Below are positions 1-8,883 of a stretch of DNA of 64,000 bases, piece by piece. Below the pieces are notes generated by a model. That model was not told the DNA's origin, made no database searches, and saw only the letters and a list, made by a program, of their open reading frames with translations. Each line of letters opens with the position of its first letter. Position 1 is the first letter of the stretch. The DNA comes from Christensenellales bacterium (lineage in GTDB: Bacteria > Bacillota > Clostridia > Christensenellales > Aristaeellaceae): positions 1,819 to 65,818 of the forward strand of contig JBGVCH010000085.1 in NCBI GenBank assembly GCA_045226335.1, written 5' to 3'. Both the position numbers and the translations under genes were made by a program.

Positions 1-375
1 GCTGCCCAGGATGATGGTGACCATGGTCTCCGCCAGGTCCCCCACCGGCAGGCAGTCGATGGAAGCGGTGTTGAAGCGCGCCCGGATCAGCGTGCCCTTG
101 CCCACTTCGCTCTCAAGGGTCACATTGCCGCCGGACAGCATGGCGTTCTGCATCAGCAGCGGGATGCCCAGTCCCACCTTCCGGGTGGTCCGGGTGGTGA
201 CGAAAGGGCTGCGGACCCGCTCCAGCAGTTCCGGGCTCATGCCCTTGCCGTCATCCTTCACCGCCATCACCAGCGCGCCCTCGCCGTCCAGGTCAAACCG
301 GATGTCCACATGGGACGCTCCGGCCGTGACACTGTTCTGTACGATGTCCAGCAGATGCAGTGCAATCTCCTTCAT
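1..375 (-). CDS. Histidine-kinase-like ATPase (HATPase_c) protein, 5' part only because the gene continues beyond the window edge. This type sits between the NuoE-like and NuoF-like genes in [FeFe]-hydrogenase operons.
   Basis: Reverse translation from the ATG at 375 reads MKEIALHLLDIVQNSVTAGASHVDIRFDLDGEGALVMAVKDDGKGMSPELLERVRSPFVTTRTTRKVGLGIPLLMQ.... This shows the N-box and G-box pattern of GHKL ATPases. It starts 7 nt after the upstream NuoE-like stop. Confidence 0.7.
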   Translation of the reverse strand, partial: MKEIALHLLDIVQNSVTAGASHVDIRFDLDGEGALVMAVKDDGKGMSPELLERVRSPFVTTRTTRKVGLGIPLLMQNAMLSGGNVTLESEVGKGTLIRARFNTASIDCLPVGDLAETMVTIILGS

Positions 376-381
376 GGCAGG

Positions 382-876
382 TTACGCCTCAGTCTTCTGA
401 TACTTGGCGAGGATCCCGGGCACCTGGTCGGGGGTCATCCGGCCGTAGACGTCGGAATTGATGGTCATGACGGGAGCCAGGCCGCAGGCGCCGAGGCAGC
501 GGGTGGCCTGAAGGGTGAACCTGCCGTCGGGCGTGGTGCTGCCCACGGGGATCTTCAGTTCCTCGGACAGCTTGTCCAGAACGCTCTGGCTGCCCTTGAC
601 GTAGCAGGCCGTGCCAAGGCAGACGCTGATGACGTACTCACCTTTGGGCTGGAGGGAAAACTGCGCGTAGAATGTCGCGACGCCGTAGACCTCGCTCAGG
701 GTCACGCCGAGGCCCTCCGCGATGATCTTCTGCACGTCCTCCGGCACACAGCCGAAGATCTCCTGTGCGCCCTGCAGGACGGGCATCAGCGCGCCGGGCC
801 AGTCCTTGTGAGCTTCGATCATCTGTCGCAGCTCCGCGTACTTGCTCTCCATTTCTTCACTCATGGATGACATCAT
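382..876 (-). CDS. NuoE-family [2Fe-2S] ferredoxin subunit (HydC or NADH dehydrogenase 24 kDa-like)
   Basis: Protein MMSSMSEEMESKYAELRQMIEAHKDWPGALMPVLQGAQEIFG...CLGTACYVKG...CLGACGLAPVM has the four Cys of the NuoE 2Fe-2S motif. A GAGGAGG RBS lies upstream of the ATG at 876. The longer ORF-track start at 960 overlaps the promoter. Confidence 0.85.
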   Translation of the reverse strand: MMSSMSEEMESKYAELRQMIEAHKDWPGALMPVLQGAQEIFGCVPEDVQKIIAEGLGVTLSEVYGVATFYAQFSLQPKGEYVISVCLGTACYVKGSQSVLDKLSEELKIPVGSTTPDGRFTLQATRCLGACGLAPVMTINSDVYGRMTPDQVPGILAKYQKTEA

Positions 877-930
877 CCTCCTCTTTGTGTTCGGAAATCC
901 TTCCGTGATTGGACACAAGCTAACAGCGTT

Positions 931-960
931 ATTATATAGATTTCCCCGATAGTTAGTCAA
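931..960 (-). promoter_or_regulatory. Putative sigma-70-type promoter of the NuoE/hydrogenase-type operon
   Basis: The minus strand reads TTGACT, an 18-nt spacer, then TATAAT. On the plus strand agtcaa is at 955-960 and attata at 931-936. It lies about 55 nt upstream of the start codon. Confidence 0.5.
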
Positions 961-1018
961 CGCTAATTACAGAATTTCCGGCCACATTTGTGATCCTTGA
1001 CCAAACCGTGTCAGGATT

Positions 1019-1092
1019 GTCCGGGAAACACGCATTTTTCGACATCCCGGACACAAATCAGCAGCCTGCTCCGGCGATTGGGCAGGCTGCTG
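1019..1092 (-). terminator. Two tandem GC-rich hairpins downstream of kduD. Possibly terminators or insulators, but the U-tracts are weak.
   Basis: Hairpin one is an 11-bp stem, CAGCAGCCTGC (1059-1069) pairing with GCAGGCTGCTG (1082-1092). Hairpin two is an 8-bp stem, GTCCGGGA (1019-1026) pairing with TCCCGGAC (1045-1052). On the minus strand the first is followed by ATTTGTGT. Confidence 0.3.
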
Positions 1093-1260
1093 ATAGCATG
1101 ATGTTCCGCAGAAAGTCAATCCTGCGATCCTGTTTTCTGATTCAGGGAGATCCATTCGCGCCGCGAGAGTCCTCTTTGCAGCGAAGCATACTCCGCGTCT
1201 TCGGAGAGCTTCCCCGCCCGAAAACCATTGCGGCAGACTTTTGCGGACCGCGGCACACTC

Positions 1261-2058
1261 TCACGGCTGCTTCCCGATGTAAGCCAGGATCCCGCCGTCC
1301 ACGTACAGAATATGCCCGTTCACGAAGTTGGAGGCGTCGCTGGCCAGGAAGACCGCGGGACCGCCCAGGTCCTCCGCCTCACCCCAGCGGGCCGCGGGGG
1401 TTTTGGCGATGATGAAGGAGTCGAAGGGGTGGCGGCTGCCGTCCGGCTGACGCTCCCGCAGGGGGGCGGTCTGGGGCGTGGCGATGTAGCCCGGGCCGAT
1501 GCCGTTGCACTGGATGTTGTACCCGCCGTACTCCGAGGCAATGTTCCGGGTGAGCATTTTGAGGCCGCCCTTGGCCGCGGCGTAGGCGGAGACCGTCTCC
1601 CGGCCCAGCTCGCTCATCATGGAGCAGATGTTGATGATCTTGCCGTGACCCTTCCTGATCATGGAGGGGATGACAGCCTTGGACACGATGAAGGGCGCGT
1701 TCAGGTCCACATCCACCACCTGCCGGAACTGCTCTGCGGTCATCTCGATCATGGGGATGCGCTTGATGATGCCGGCGTTGTTCACCAGGATATCGATGAT
1801 ACCGACTTCGGTCTCGATCTGCTTCACCATGGCGTTGACGGCGTCCTCGTCGGTGACATCGCACACGTAACCCTTCGCGTCGATGCCCTTTTCGGCGTAG
1901 GCCACCAGGCCTTTGTCCACAAACTCCTGTTTGATGTCGTTGAACACGATGGTCGCGCCGGCCTCATGCATCGCGCAGGCGATGGCGAACCCGATGCCGT
2001 AAGACGCGCCGGTGACCAGCGCGATCTTTCCTTCCAGTGAGAACTGATTCCTGCTCAT
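1261..2058 (-). CDS. kduD: Short-chain dehydrogenase, 2-dehydro-3-deoxy-D-gluconate 5-dehydrogenase or gluconate 5-dehydrogenase type (KduD-like)
   Basis: MSRNQFSLEGKIALVTGASYGIGFAIA carries the TGxxxGIG motif, followed by NNAG and a YAAAKGG catalytic YxxxK. It lies immediately downstream of kduI. A GGAGGG RBS precedes the ATG at 2058. Confidence 0.8.
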   Translation of the reverse strand: MSRNQFSLEGKIALVTGASYGIGFAIACAMHEAGATIVFNDIKQEFVDKGLVAYAEKGIDAKGYVCDVTDEDAVNAMVKQIETEVGIIDILVNNAGIIKRIPMIEMTAEQFRQVVDVDLNAPFIVSKAVIPSMIRKGHGKIINICSMMSELGRETVSAYAAAKGGLKMLTRNIASEYGGYNIQCNGIGPGYIATPQTAPLRERQPDGSRHPFDSFIIAKTPAARWGEAEDLGGPAVFLASDASNFVNGHILYVDGGILAYIGKQP

Positions 2059-2128
2059 CCTGATCCCTCCGTACATGATAGGTTTTATGCTTATCCCGCG
2101 TTCATCATGAGAGAATGTTTCCGCCGGA

Positions 2129-2959
2129 TTATCTCAGGTCTTTTGTCTCAATCCCGTCCATGTCGTCGAAGTCCTGGTTCTCGCCGCACATGCCCCAGAT
2201 GAAGGTGTAGTTCCGGGACCCGGCGCCGGCATGGATGCTCCAGGAGGGACTGATGACGGCCTCCTCGTTGCGCATGATGATGTGGCGGGTCTCCTGGCCC
2301 TCGCCCATGAAATGCATCACGAAGGCGTCCTCCGGCAGGTCGAAGTAGAGGTACACCTCCATGCGGCGGTCGTGAGTGTGGCAGGGCATGGTGTTCCACA
2401 CGCTGCCGGGCTCCAGGTGGGTCATGCCCATCACCAGCTGGCAGCTCTCCACCTGGCCGGGGAGGATGTACTTGCAGATCGTGCGGTGGTTGGCCGTCTC
2501 CAGGCTCCCCAGCTCCACCCGGACGCAGTCCTCGGGCCGGATGTACACTGTGGGGTACGTCCTGTGGGCCGGGCAGCTGTTGAAGTAGAACTTGGCCGGG
2601 TTCGCCGGGTCATCGCTCTTCAGGGCAATGTCCTTCGCGCCGCGGCCGATGTAGAGGCCGTCCCGGTTCCGGAGGCTGTACACCGTACCGTCCACGGTCA
2701 CCGTGCCCGGACCGCCGATGTTGATGATGCCCATCTCGCGCCGTTCCAGGAAGTACGCCGCCCGGAGCTCATCGCCCGCCGCCAGGGTCAGGGGCTTCCC
2801 CACTGGCATGCAGCCGCCGGTGATGATGCGGTCGATGTGGCTGTAGACCATCTTCACGTCGTCCGCGGGGAACAGGCCCTGAATCAGGAATTCCTCCCGC
2901 AGCCTGGCCGTGTCATAGTGCTTCACATCGCGGGGCGACGAAGCGGTGCGCAGTTCCAT
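2129..2959 (-). CDS. kduI: 5-dehydro-4-deoxy-D-glucuronate isomerase
   Basis: The 276-aa protein MELRTASSPRDVKHYDTARLREEFLIQGLF...HTHDRRMEVYLYF...GENQDFDDMD shows the characteristic KduI cupin sequence. A GGAGG RBS is present. Confidence 0.9.
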   Translation of the reverse strand: MELRTASSPRDVKHYDTARLREEFLIQGLFPADDVKMVYSHIDRIITGGCMPVGKPLTLAAGDELRAAYFLERREMGIINIGGPGTVTVDGTVYSLRNRDGLYIGRGAKDIALKSDDPANPAKFYFNSCPAHRTYPTVYIRPEDCVRVELGSLETANHRTICKYILPGQVESCQLVMGMTHLEPGSVWNTMPCHTHDRRMEVYLYFDLPEDAFVMHFMGEGQETRHIIMRNEEAVISPSWSIHAGAGSRNYTFIWGMCGENQDFDDMDGIETKDLR

Positions 2960-2973
2960 ACAGTTGCCTCCTT

Positions 2974-4341
2974 TTATTCGGTCCCGGAATTCGGAACGGT
3001 TTCTCTCTTCATGCTTCGGGCAAGGTCCAGCAAAGCGTCTTGCTCGTTGGGGACTTCCTCCGACATGACGGCCTCCAGAAGGGCCTGCAGGGTCTCGCCC
3101 AGGGCCTTGCCGGGGGCCATGCCGATGCTCAGCAGATCAGCGCCGGTGACGGCCAGCTGCTTCAGGGTGACACACGGATCGGACGCCAGCACCGCGTCCA
3201 GGGCAGCGCTCATGGCGGCGGCCTGCGCCTCGACCTCCTCCGGCGGAACCACCCCGGCGGCCAGGCGATCCGCCCGGCGGACCTCGATGAGCTGCCGCAG
3301 CACGTCCGCACCCCAGCGGTTCATCTGTCGCCGGATTCTCTTCGGCTCCGGGGCGAGGTCGGTGTCGTGATGTTCGATGAGCAGCAGGGCCCGGTCCCGG
3401 GTGGCGGTGTCCATGTGCAGGCGCGCGAACGCAGCCTCCGCGATGAGCGCCGATCCCTTCTGATGGCCGTAAAAGTGCCCGCGGCCGGTCTCGTCTGCCC
3501 GGTATGCTCCCGGCTTGCCGCTGTCGTGGAACAGCATGGCCCAGCGCAGCGTCTCCTCCGGCGCCACATTTCCCACTGCCCGGACGGTGTGCTCCCACAC
3601 GTCATAGCGATGCCAGGGGCTGTGCTGGTCAAACCCCACCATGGGCGCCAGTTCCGGAAAGACCGCGGTCATCACGTCCGGATAGGCCCGCAGGATACCC
3701 TCCGCCGCGCTCCCGCACAGGAGTTTCGCCATCTCGGCCCGGATGCGTTCGCCGGCCACCCGGTCCAGGTCTCCGACCATGCGGCGGGCCGCGGCGGCCG
3801 TCCGGGCCTCGATGTCAAATCCGTACACCGCGGCGAAGCGCAGGGCCCGGAGGATCCGCAGGGCGTCCTCCCCAAAGCGGGCCCCGGGGTCCCCCACGCA
3901 CCGGATCAGCCGCTTTTCCAAGTCCGCCCGGCCCCCGAAGGCGTCGATGATCCCTTCCTCCGGGTGGAAGGCCATGGCGTTCACCGTGAAGTCCCGGCGC
4001 TTCAGGTCCGACAGCAGGTCCGTCACATAGGTCACGGAGTCCGGGTGCCGGTGATCTGTGTAAACGCCGTCCAGCCGGTAGGCCGTCACCTCGTAGGGCA
4101 CATGGTTCAGCACCGCCGTGACGGTGCCGTGCTTCAGCCCCGTGTCCACCAGGTGCCACCCGGCCAGGGCCTCCTTGATCTCCTCCGGCCGGGCGGAAGT
4201 GCAGATGTCCCAGTCCTTGGGGGTCAGCCCCAGCAGACTGTCCCGGACACATCCGCCCACGACGTAGGCGGAATAGCCTGCCGCGTTCAGCCGCCGCAGG
4301 ATCGCCTCCGCGTCCCGGGGTACCCGTATCTCCATGCCCAT
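2974..4341 (-). CDS. cca: CCA-adding enzyme (tRNA nucleotidyltransferase with HD domain)
   Basis: GYSAYVVGGCVRDSLLG...DWDI matches the PolyA_pol head motif. RDFTVNA is present, and a C-terminal HD region reads LFHDSGKP. A GGAAGGAG RBS is present. Confidence 0.9.
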   Translation of the reverse strand: MGMEIRVPRDAEAILRRLNAAGYSAYVVGGCVRDSLLGLTPKDWDICTSARPEEIKEALAGWHLVDTGLKHGTVTAVLNHVPYEVTAYRLDGVYTDHRHPDSVTYVTDLLSDLKRRDFTVNAMAFHPEEGIIDAFGGRADLEKRLIRCVGDPGARFGEDALRILRALRFAAVYGFDIEARTAAAARRMVGDLDRVAGERIRAEMAKLLCGSAAEGILRAYPDVMTAVFPELAPMVGFDQHSPWHRYDVWEHTVRAVGNVAPEETLRWAMLFHDSGKPGAYRADETGRGHFYGHQKGSALIAEAAFARLHMDTATRDRALLLIEHHDTDLAPEPKRIRRQMNRWGADVLRQLIEVRRADRLAAGVVPPEEVEAQAAAMSAALDAVLASDPCVTLKQLAVTGADLLSIGMAPGKALGETLQALLEAVMSEEVPNEQDALLDLARSMKRETVPNSGTE

Positions 4342-4467
4342 GGGACGCTCCTTCCGCCGTTGCCGGTTTTTCTCTTTCTCAGCCTATCATACGCTTTTTC
4401 ATGCCGGTTCGCAAGCCTTTTTTCATCCGGCCTCCGGGAAGAGTACCGAAAAAAGACATCCCGACGG

Positions 4468-4496
4468 TTTACTTTCACGCAATGGTGTGCTAAACT
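4468..4496 (+). promoter_or_regulatory. Putative promoter for yerC-iorAB
   Basis: TTTACT (4468-4473), a 17-nt spacer, then TAAACT (4491-4496), about 40 nt upstream of the YerC-like start. Confidence 0.4.
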
Positions 4497-4535
4497 GTCA
4501 GGGTCAAATCCAGTTGGAAAAGGGAGTGAAACCGG

Positions 4536-4865
4536 ATGCCAAGGGCCAGTAAAAAAGCGAGGAGCGACACCCTCTACGAGGCCATCATGCAGCTGGAGAG
4601 CGTGGAGGAGTGCAGACGCTTCTTTAACGATCTGTGCACCCCCAACGAACTGCGGAGCATGGAACAGCGCTTTGACGTGGCCGTCTACCTGCTGCAGGAC
4701 CAGGTGTACGCCGAGATCCTGGAGAAGACCGGCGCCAGCAGCGCCACCATCAGCCGCGTCCGGCGGAACATTCTCACGGACAACCCCGGAGGCGGCATGC
4801 AGACCATCATCGGCCGCATGGGCCTGGCTCCGGTGGACGATACCGACGTGACAACCGAATCATAA
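4536..4865 (+). CDS. YerC/YecD-family TrpR-like DNA-binding protein
   Basis: The 109-aa protein has ...FFNDLCTPNELRSMEQRFDVAVYLL...YAEILEKTGASSATISRVRR, the typical TrpR-related YerC signature. Confidence 0.8.
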   Translation: MPRASKKARSDTLYEAIMQLESVEECRRFFNDLCTPNELRSMEQRFDVAVYLLQDQVYAEILEKTGASSATISRVRRNILTDNPGGGMQTIIGRMGLAPVDDTDVTTES

Positions 4866-4882
4866 TCGGAGGATGATGCAAC

Positions 4883-6628
4883 GTGAAAAAACTGATGCTT
4901 GGCAACGTGGCCGCCGCCCGCGGGCTGTATGAGGCCGGCTGCGCGGTGGTCTCCAGCTATCCCGGGACCCCTTCCACGGAGATCACCGAGGAAGCCGCGA
5001 AATATGACGAGATCTACTGCGAATGGGCGCCTAACGAAAAAGTGGCCATGGAGACGGCCTTCGGCGCGTCGCTGGCCGGCAAGCGCTCTTTCTGCGGCAT
5101 GAAGCACGTGGGCCTGAACGTGGCCGCGGATCCCCTGTTCACCATCTCCTACACCGGGGTCAACGCCGGCATGGTCATCGCTGTGGCGGACGACGCCGGC
5201 ATGCACTCCTCCCAGAATGAACAGGACTCCCGGCACTACGCCAAGGCCGCCAAGGTCCCCATGCTGGAGCCATCGGACTCCGCGGAAGCCCTGCTCTTCG
5301 CGAAGCGCTCCTATGAGCTGTCGGAGGAATACGACACCCCCGTTTTCCTCAAGATGTGCACCCGCATCGCCCACTCCCAGTCCATTGTCGAGACCGGCGA
5401 GCGCGAAACGCCTCCGGCGAAGCCCTATGAGAAGAACATCGCCAAGTATGTGATGATGCCCGGCAACGCCATCCGCCGCCATCCCCTGGTGGAGGAGCGC
5501 ATGCGGAAACTCACCGCCCTGGCGGAGGAGACGGACCTGAACCGCGTCGAGGAGGGCGAAGACCATTCCGTCGGCATCGTCACCTCCTCCACCTGCTACC
5601 AGTATGTGAAGGAAGCCTGCGGCGACGACTACCCCGTGCTGAAGCTGGGCATGATCTGGCCCATGCCGGTGGAAAAGCTGAAGGCCTTCGCCGCCTCGGT
5701 GGACAAGCTGCTGGTGGTGGAAGAGCTGGACCCCTTCATCGAGGAGCACTGCCGGAACATCGGCCTGAACCCCGTGGGCAAGGAACTCTTCCCGCTGGAG
5801 GGTGAGCTGAGCCAGAACGCTGTGGCCACCGCCCTGGGCTATTTCAAGGCCACCGGCGTCGGGCTGGAGGAAGCCATCCCCGCCCGGCCCCCGGTCATGT
5901 GCGCCGGCTGCCCGCACCGCGGCCTGTTCTACACCCTGAGCCGCAACAAGCTTACCGTGCTGGGTGACATCGGCTGCTACACCCTAGGCGCTGTGGCCCC
6001 GCTGAGCGCCATCGAGACCACCGAGTGCATGGGCGCTTCCGTCTCCAGCCTTCACGGCTTCAACAAGGCCCTGGGTGCCGAGAGCGAGCACCGCACCGTG
6101 GCGGTCATCGGCGACTCCACCTTCATGCACTCCGGCATGACGGGCCTGGCCAATATCGCTTACAACCAGTCCAACTCCACCGTCATCATCCTGGACAACT
6201 CCATCACCGGCATGACGGGCCACCAGCAGAACCCCACCACGGGCTACAACATCAAGGGCGATCCGGCGGGCAAGATCGAACTGGAGAGCCTCTGCCGGGC
6301 CATGGGCTTCAACCGGGTCCGGGTGGTGGACCCCTATGATTTGGCCGCCTGCGATCAGGCCGTCAAGGAGGAAGTCGCCGCGGAGGAGCCCTCTGTCATC
6401 ATCTCCCGCAGGCCCTGCGCCCTGCTGAAGTACGTGAAGCACAAGCCGCCGCTGAAGGTGAACACCGCGCGGTGCATCGGCTGCAAGTCCTGCATGCGCA
6501 TCGGCTGCCCGGCCATCTCCATCAAGGAGGGCAAGGCCCGGGTGGACGCTACCCTCTGCGTGGGCTGCGGCGTGTGCAGCCAGCTCTGCCGGCTGAATGC
6601 CTTTGAGAGCACCGGGAAGGAGGCCTGA
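4883..6628 (+). CDS. iorA: Indolepyruvate:ferredoxin oxidoreductase subunit alpha
   Basis: MKKLMLGNVAAARGLYEAGCAVVSSYPGTPSTEI is a thiamine diphosphate-dependent 2-oxoacid:ferredoxin oxidoreductase N-terminus. A GDSTFMHSG ThDP motif is present. The C-terminus has two 4Fe-4S motifs, CIGCKSCMRIGCP and CVGCGVCSQLC. The start is GTG with a GGAGG RBS. Confidence 0.9.
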   Translation: MKKLMLGNVAAARGLYEAGCAVVSSYPGTPSTEITEEAAKYDEIYCEWAPNEKVAMETAFGASLAGKRSFCGMKHVGLNVAADPLFTISYTGVNAGMVIAVADDAGMHSSQNEQDSRHYAKAAKVPMLEPSDSAEALLFAKRSYELSEEYDTPVFLKMCTRIAHSQSIVETGERETPPAKPYEKNIAKYVMMPGNAIRRHPLVEERMRKLTALAEETDLNRVEEGEDHSVGIVTSSTCYQYVKEACGDDYPVLKLGMIWPMPVEKLKAFAASVDKLLVVEELDPFIEEHCRNIGLNPVGKELFPLEGELSQNAVATALGYFKATGVGLEEAIPARPPVMCAGCPHRGLFYTLSRNKLTVLGDIGCYTLGAVAPLSAIETTECMGASVSSLHGFNKALGAESEHRTVAVIGDSTFMHSGMTGLANIAYNQSNSTVIILDNSITGMTGHQQNPTTGYNIKGDPAGKIELESLCRAMGFNRVRVVDPYDLAACDQAVKEEVAAEEPSVIISRRPCALLKYVKHKPPLKVNTARCIGCKSCMRIGCPAISIKEGKARVDATLCVGCGVCSQLCRLNAFESTGKEA

Positions 6629-6631
6629 GCC

Positions 6632-7237
6632 ATGAGAACAAAGAATATCATGATCGTCGGCGTCGGCGGCCAGGGCAGTCTCCTGGCGTCGAAACTGCTG
6701 GGTCAGCTGCTGATGGCCCAGGGCTATGACGTGAAGGTCAGCGAGGTCCACGGCATGAGCCAGCGGGGCGGCAGCGTGGTGACCTACGTGCGCTACGGCG
6801 ATAAGGTGGCCTCCCCCGTCATCGACCGGGGCGAGGCGGACTACATCGTGTCCTTCGAGGTGCTTGAAGCAGCCCGTTGGCTGCCCTTCCTGAGGCCCGG
6901 CGGACGTGTCGTCACCTCCACCCAGCAGATCGACCCCATGCCCGTGGTGACCGGCGCCGCGTCCTACCCCGAGGACCTGGTGGAGAAGATGAAGAAGACC
7001 GGCGCCCTGGTGGACGCCCTGGACTGCCTCTCTCTGGCGGAGCAGGCCGGCAGCGTCAAGGCCGTGAACATCGTCCTCATGGGCCGCCTCTCCCACTACT
7101 TCGACCTGCCGGAGGAAGCCTGGATGCAGGCTCTGGAGGCTGTGGTCCCGGCAAAGTTCCTGGAGATGAACAAAAAGGCCTTCGCCCTGGGCCAGAACGC
7201 CGAAGTGGGCGTAGATCACGGGTTCCTGACGAGATAA
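6632..7237 (+). CDS. iorB: Indolepyruvate:ferredoxin oxidoreductase subunit beta
   Basis: IMIVGVGGQGSLLASKLLG...SEVHGMSQRGGSV is the pyruvate/ketoisovalerate oxidoreductase gamma-type domain. It starts 3 nt after iorA. Confidence 0.9.
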   Translation: MRTKNIMIVGVGGQGSLLASKLLGQLLMAQGYDVKVSEVHGMSQRGGSVVTYVRYGDKVASPVIDRGEADYIVSFEVLEAARWLPFLRPGGRVVTSTQQIDPMPVVTGAASYPEDLVEKMKKTGALVDALDCLSLAEQAGSVKAVNIVLMGRLSHYFDLPEEAWMQALEAVVPAKFLEMNKKAFALGQNAEVGVDHGFLTR

Positions 7238-7245
7238 GACCTTGG

Positions 7246-7281
7246 CCCCGGGGATGCGGATGCGGCGTCCCCGGGGTTTTT
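7246..7281 (+). terminator. Rho-independent terminator of iorAB
   Basis: CCCCGGGGA (7246-7254) pairs with TCCCCGGGG (7268-7276), followed by TTTTT (7277-7281). Confidence 0.8.
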
Positions 7282-7286
7282 GCGTG

Positions 7287-7309
7287 ATAAAAGCACCCCG
7301 AAGGGTGCT
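7287..7309 (-). terminator. Rho-independent terminator of the xylanase gene
   Basis: The minus strand reads AGCACCC-TTCG-GGGTGCT followed by TTTTA, 18 nt after the stop. Confidence 0.6.
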
Positions 7310-7326
7310 GAAGTGGAGAAAACGCG

Positions 7327-8883
7327 TCACTTGGCCGGGATCTGAGAGGGATCCGTCAGGGCCCAGAAGGCGTATTTGGGTTGGAGGTTCCGGTCGAAGA
7401 GAAGGGGGCTGTTGCCGGAGCGCCAGCTCATATCGTCGGTGACGCCCCAGACCTGGACGGCGTCGAACTGCTCCGCGTGGTCCGTCAGGATGGCCATGAC
7501 CCCGGCGTAGTAGTCCGCCTGCTTCCGGAGATCGGCGTCCGTGGCGGTGCTGATGCCCACGTCCAGTTCGCTGACCCGGAGCCGCAGGCCCGTGGCGGCG
7601 ATGGTCTCCACCGCGTGGCGCAGGGAGAAGAGGCTGGGGCTGCCCACGGAGTGGTGCATCTGGAAGCCGTAGCCGTCGATGTTGCCGTCCTCGATCAGGG
7701 AGAGCAGCAGCCGGCGGATGCCCACCAGCTTGACGTTGCCGGCAGTGCCGTAGTCGTTGTAATAGAGCTTCACGGTCGCGGGCGCCGTTTTGCGGGCGAT
7801 CTCAAAGGCGCGGTTGAGGTAATCCTCACCCACCACTGTCAGCCAGTTGGACTTGCGGAGGTTGCCATTGCCGTCGTCGATGACTTCGTTGGCCACATCG
7901 TAGGAAACCAGCATGCCGGGGTAATTCTCCTCCATGTAGGCAAAGACCGCGGACATGAAGTTCTCCAGCCGGGCCAGCATGACCTCCCGGGAGACGTAGG
8001 GCTTAGCGGTGTCATAGCCCACATGGAAGAAGGCTTCCGGCGTCTGGGAGTGCCAGACGAAGACGTGGCCGTGCACCTTGAAGCCATTGGCCCAGGCCCA
8101 GTCCAGGATCGGCTTCGCGCTGTTGAACTGGACAGCCACGGCGGTGTCGTCCTCCACCGCCAGGGTCTTGCACCGGGCGATGTTCAGCAGGGCGTCCGGC
8201 TTCATCTCGTTCTCACAGGTGACGATGTTGAACTGCTGCTTCACCAGGTTCATGGTGCGGGGATTGCGGACCTGGAAGCCGTTGACGGCACAGCCGAAGA
8301 GGAACTGTTCCGCGTAAGTGTCCTTCAGGGCAGGCAGTTCATCCGCTTCGGCGTCCTCCGCCTTCGCGGCTCCTGCGTTCTTTGCGCCGGTCTCCTCCAC
8401 TTTGATGTCTTTGATCTCGAAGGACACGGTGCCGTTGCCGTTGGTTTCCACATAGAGGATGTAGTTGTCGTATTCCCCCGGGGTGTAGCTGCCCTTGAGC
8501 TCTGTCCACACGCCCTGCTTCACGTTGACGGTGGCCAGGTTTTCATAGCTCTCCATGCCGCCCCGGCTGTGCGCCACGGAAAAGATGAACGGCACCACCG
8601 CCTTGTCGTCCTGCTTCACCATCACGGTGAAGGCATACGTATTGCCGGCGGTCAGGGCAAAGTCGCGGCCTGGGGAATTCCAGGCGTCGGCGCGGCCCGT
8701 GATCCGCAGGGCGCCCTCCTCCGTCACGGCGATCTCCGCGGTGCCCATGGACCGGGCGTACCAGCCGTCCGTGCCGCCGGAGAAATCTGACGCGTAAGGC
8801 GTGAAACCCTCCTCCGCCAGGGCCGTTCCCAGCAGGCCCAGGGCCAGCAGGATCACCAGAATAAGCGATGCGATCATTTTCAT
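7327..8883 (-). CDS. Secreted endo-1,4-beta-xylanase, GH10 catalytic domain with an N-terminal CBM4_9/CBM22-like module
   Basis: The signal peptide is MKMIASLILVILLALGLLGTALA. A beta-sandwich-like module of about 150 aa follows. GH10 hallmarks are present: GHVFVWHSQTP, DVANEV, YYNDYG and a nucleophile region reading RVSELDV. Confidence 0.9.
   Translation of the reverse strand: MKMIASLILVILLALGLLGTALAEEGFTPYASDFSGGTDGWYARSMGTAEIAVTEEGALRITGRADAWNSPGRDFALTAGNTYAFTVMVKQDDKAVVPFIFSVAHSRGGMESYENLATVNVKQGVWTELKGSYTPGEYDNYILYVETNGNGTVSFEIKDIKVEETGAKNAGAAKAEDAEADELPALKDTYAEQFLFGCAVNGFQVRNPRTMNLVKQQFNIVTCENEMKPDALLNIARCKTLAVEDDTAVAVQFNSAKPILDWAWANGFKVHGHVFVWHSQTPEAFFHVGYDTAKPYVSREVMLARLENFMSAVFAYMEENYPGMLVSYDVANEVIDDGNGNLRKSNWLTVVGEDYLNRAFEIARKTAPATVKLYYNDYGTAGNVKLVGIRRLLLSLIEDGNIDGYGFQMHHSVGSPSLFSLRHAVETIAATGLRLRVSELDVGISTATDADLRKQADYYAGVMAILTDHAEQFDAVQVWGVTDDMSWRSGNSPLLFDRNLQPKYAFWALTDPSQIPAK

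Noticed and set aside
967-1155. A 62-aa minus-strand ORF with CxxxC and CPGC motifs in the kduD/hydrogenase spacer
   Set aside because: There is no Shine-Dalgarno sequence before its ATG. It is built largely from the two hairpin arms, its codon usage is not GC3-biased like real genes here, and it overlaps the predicted promoter region.
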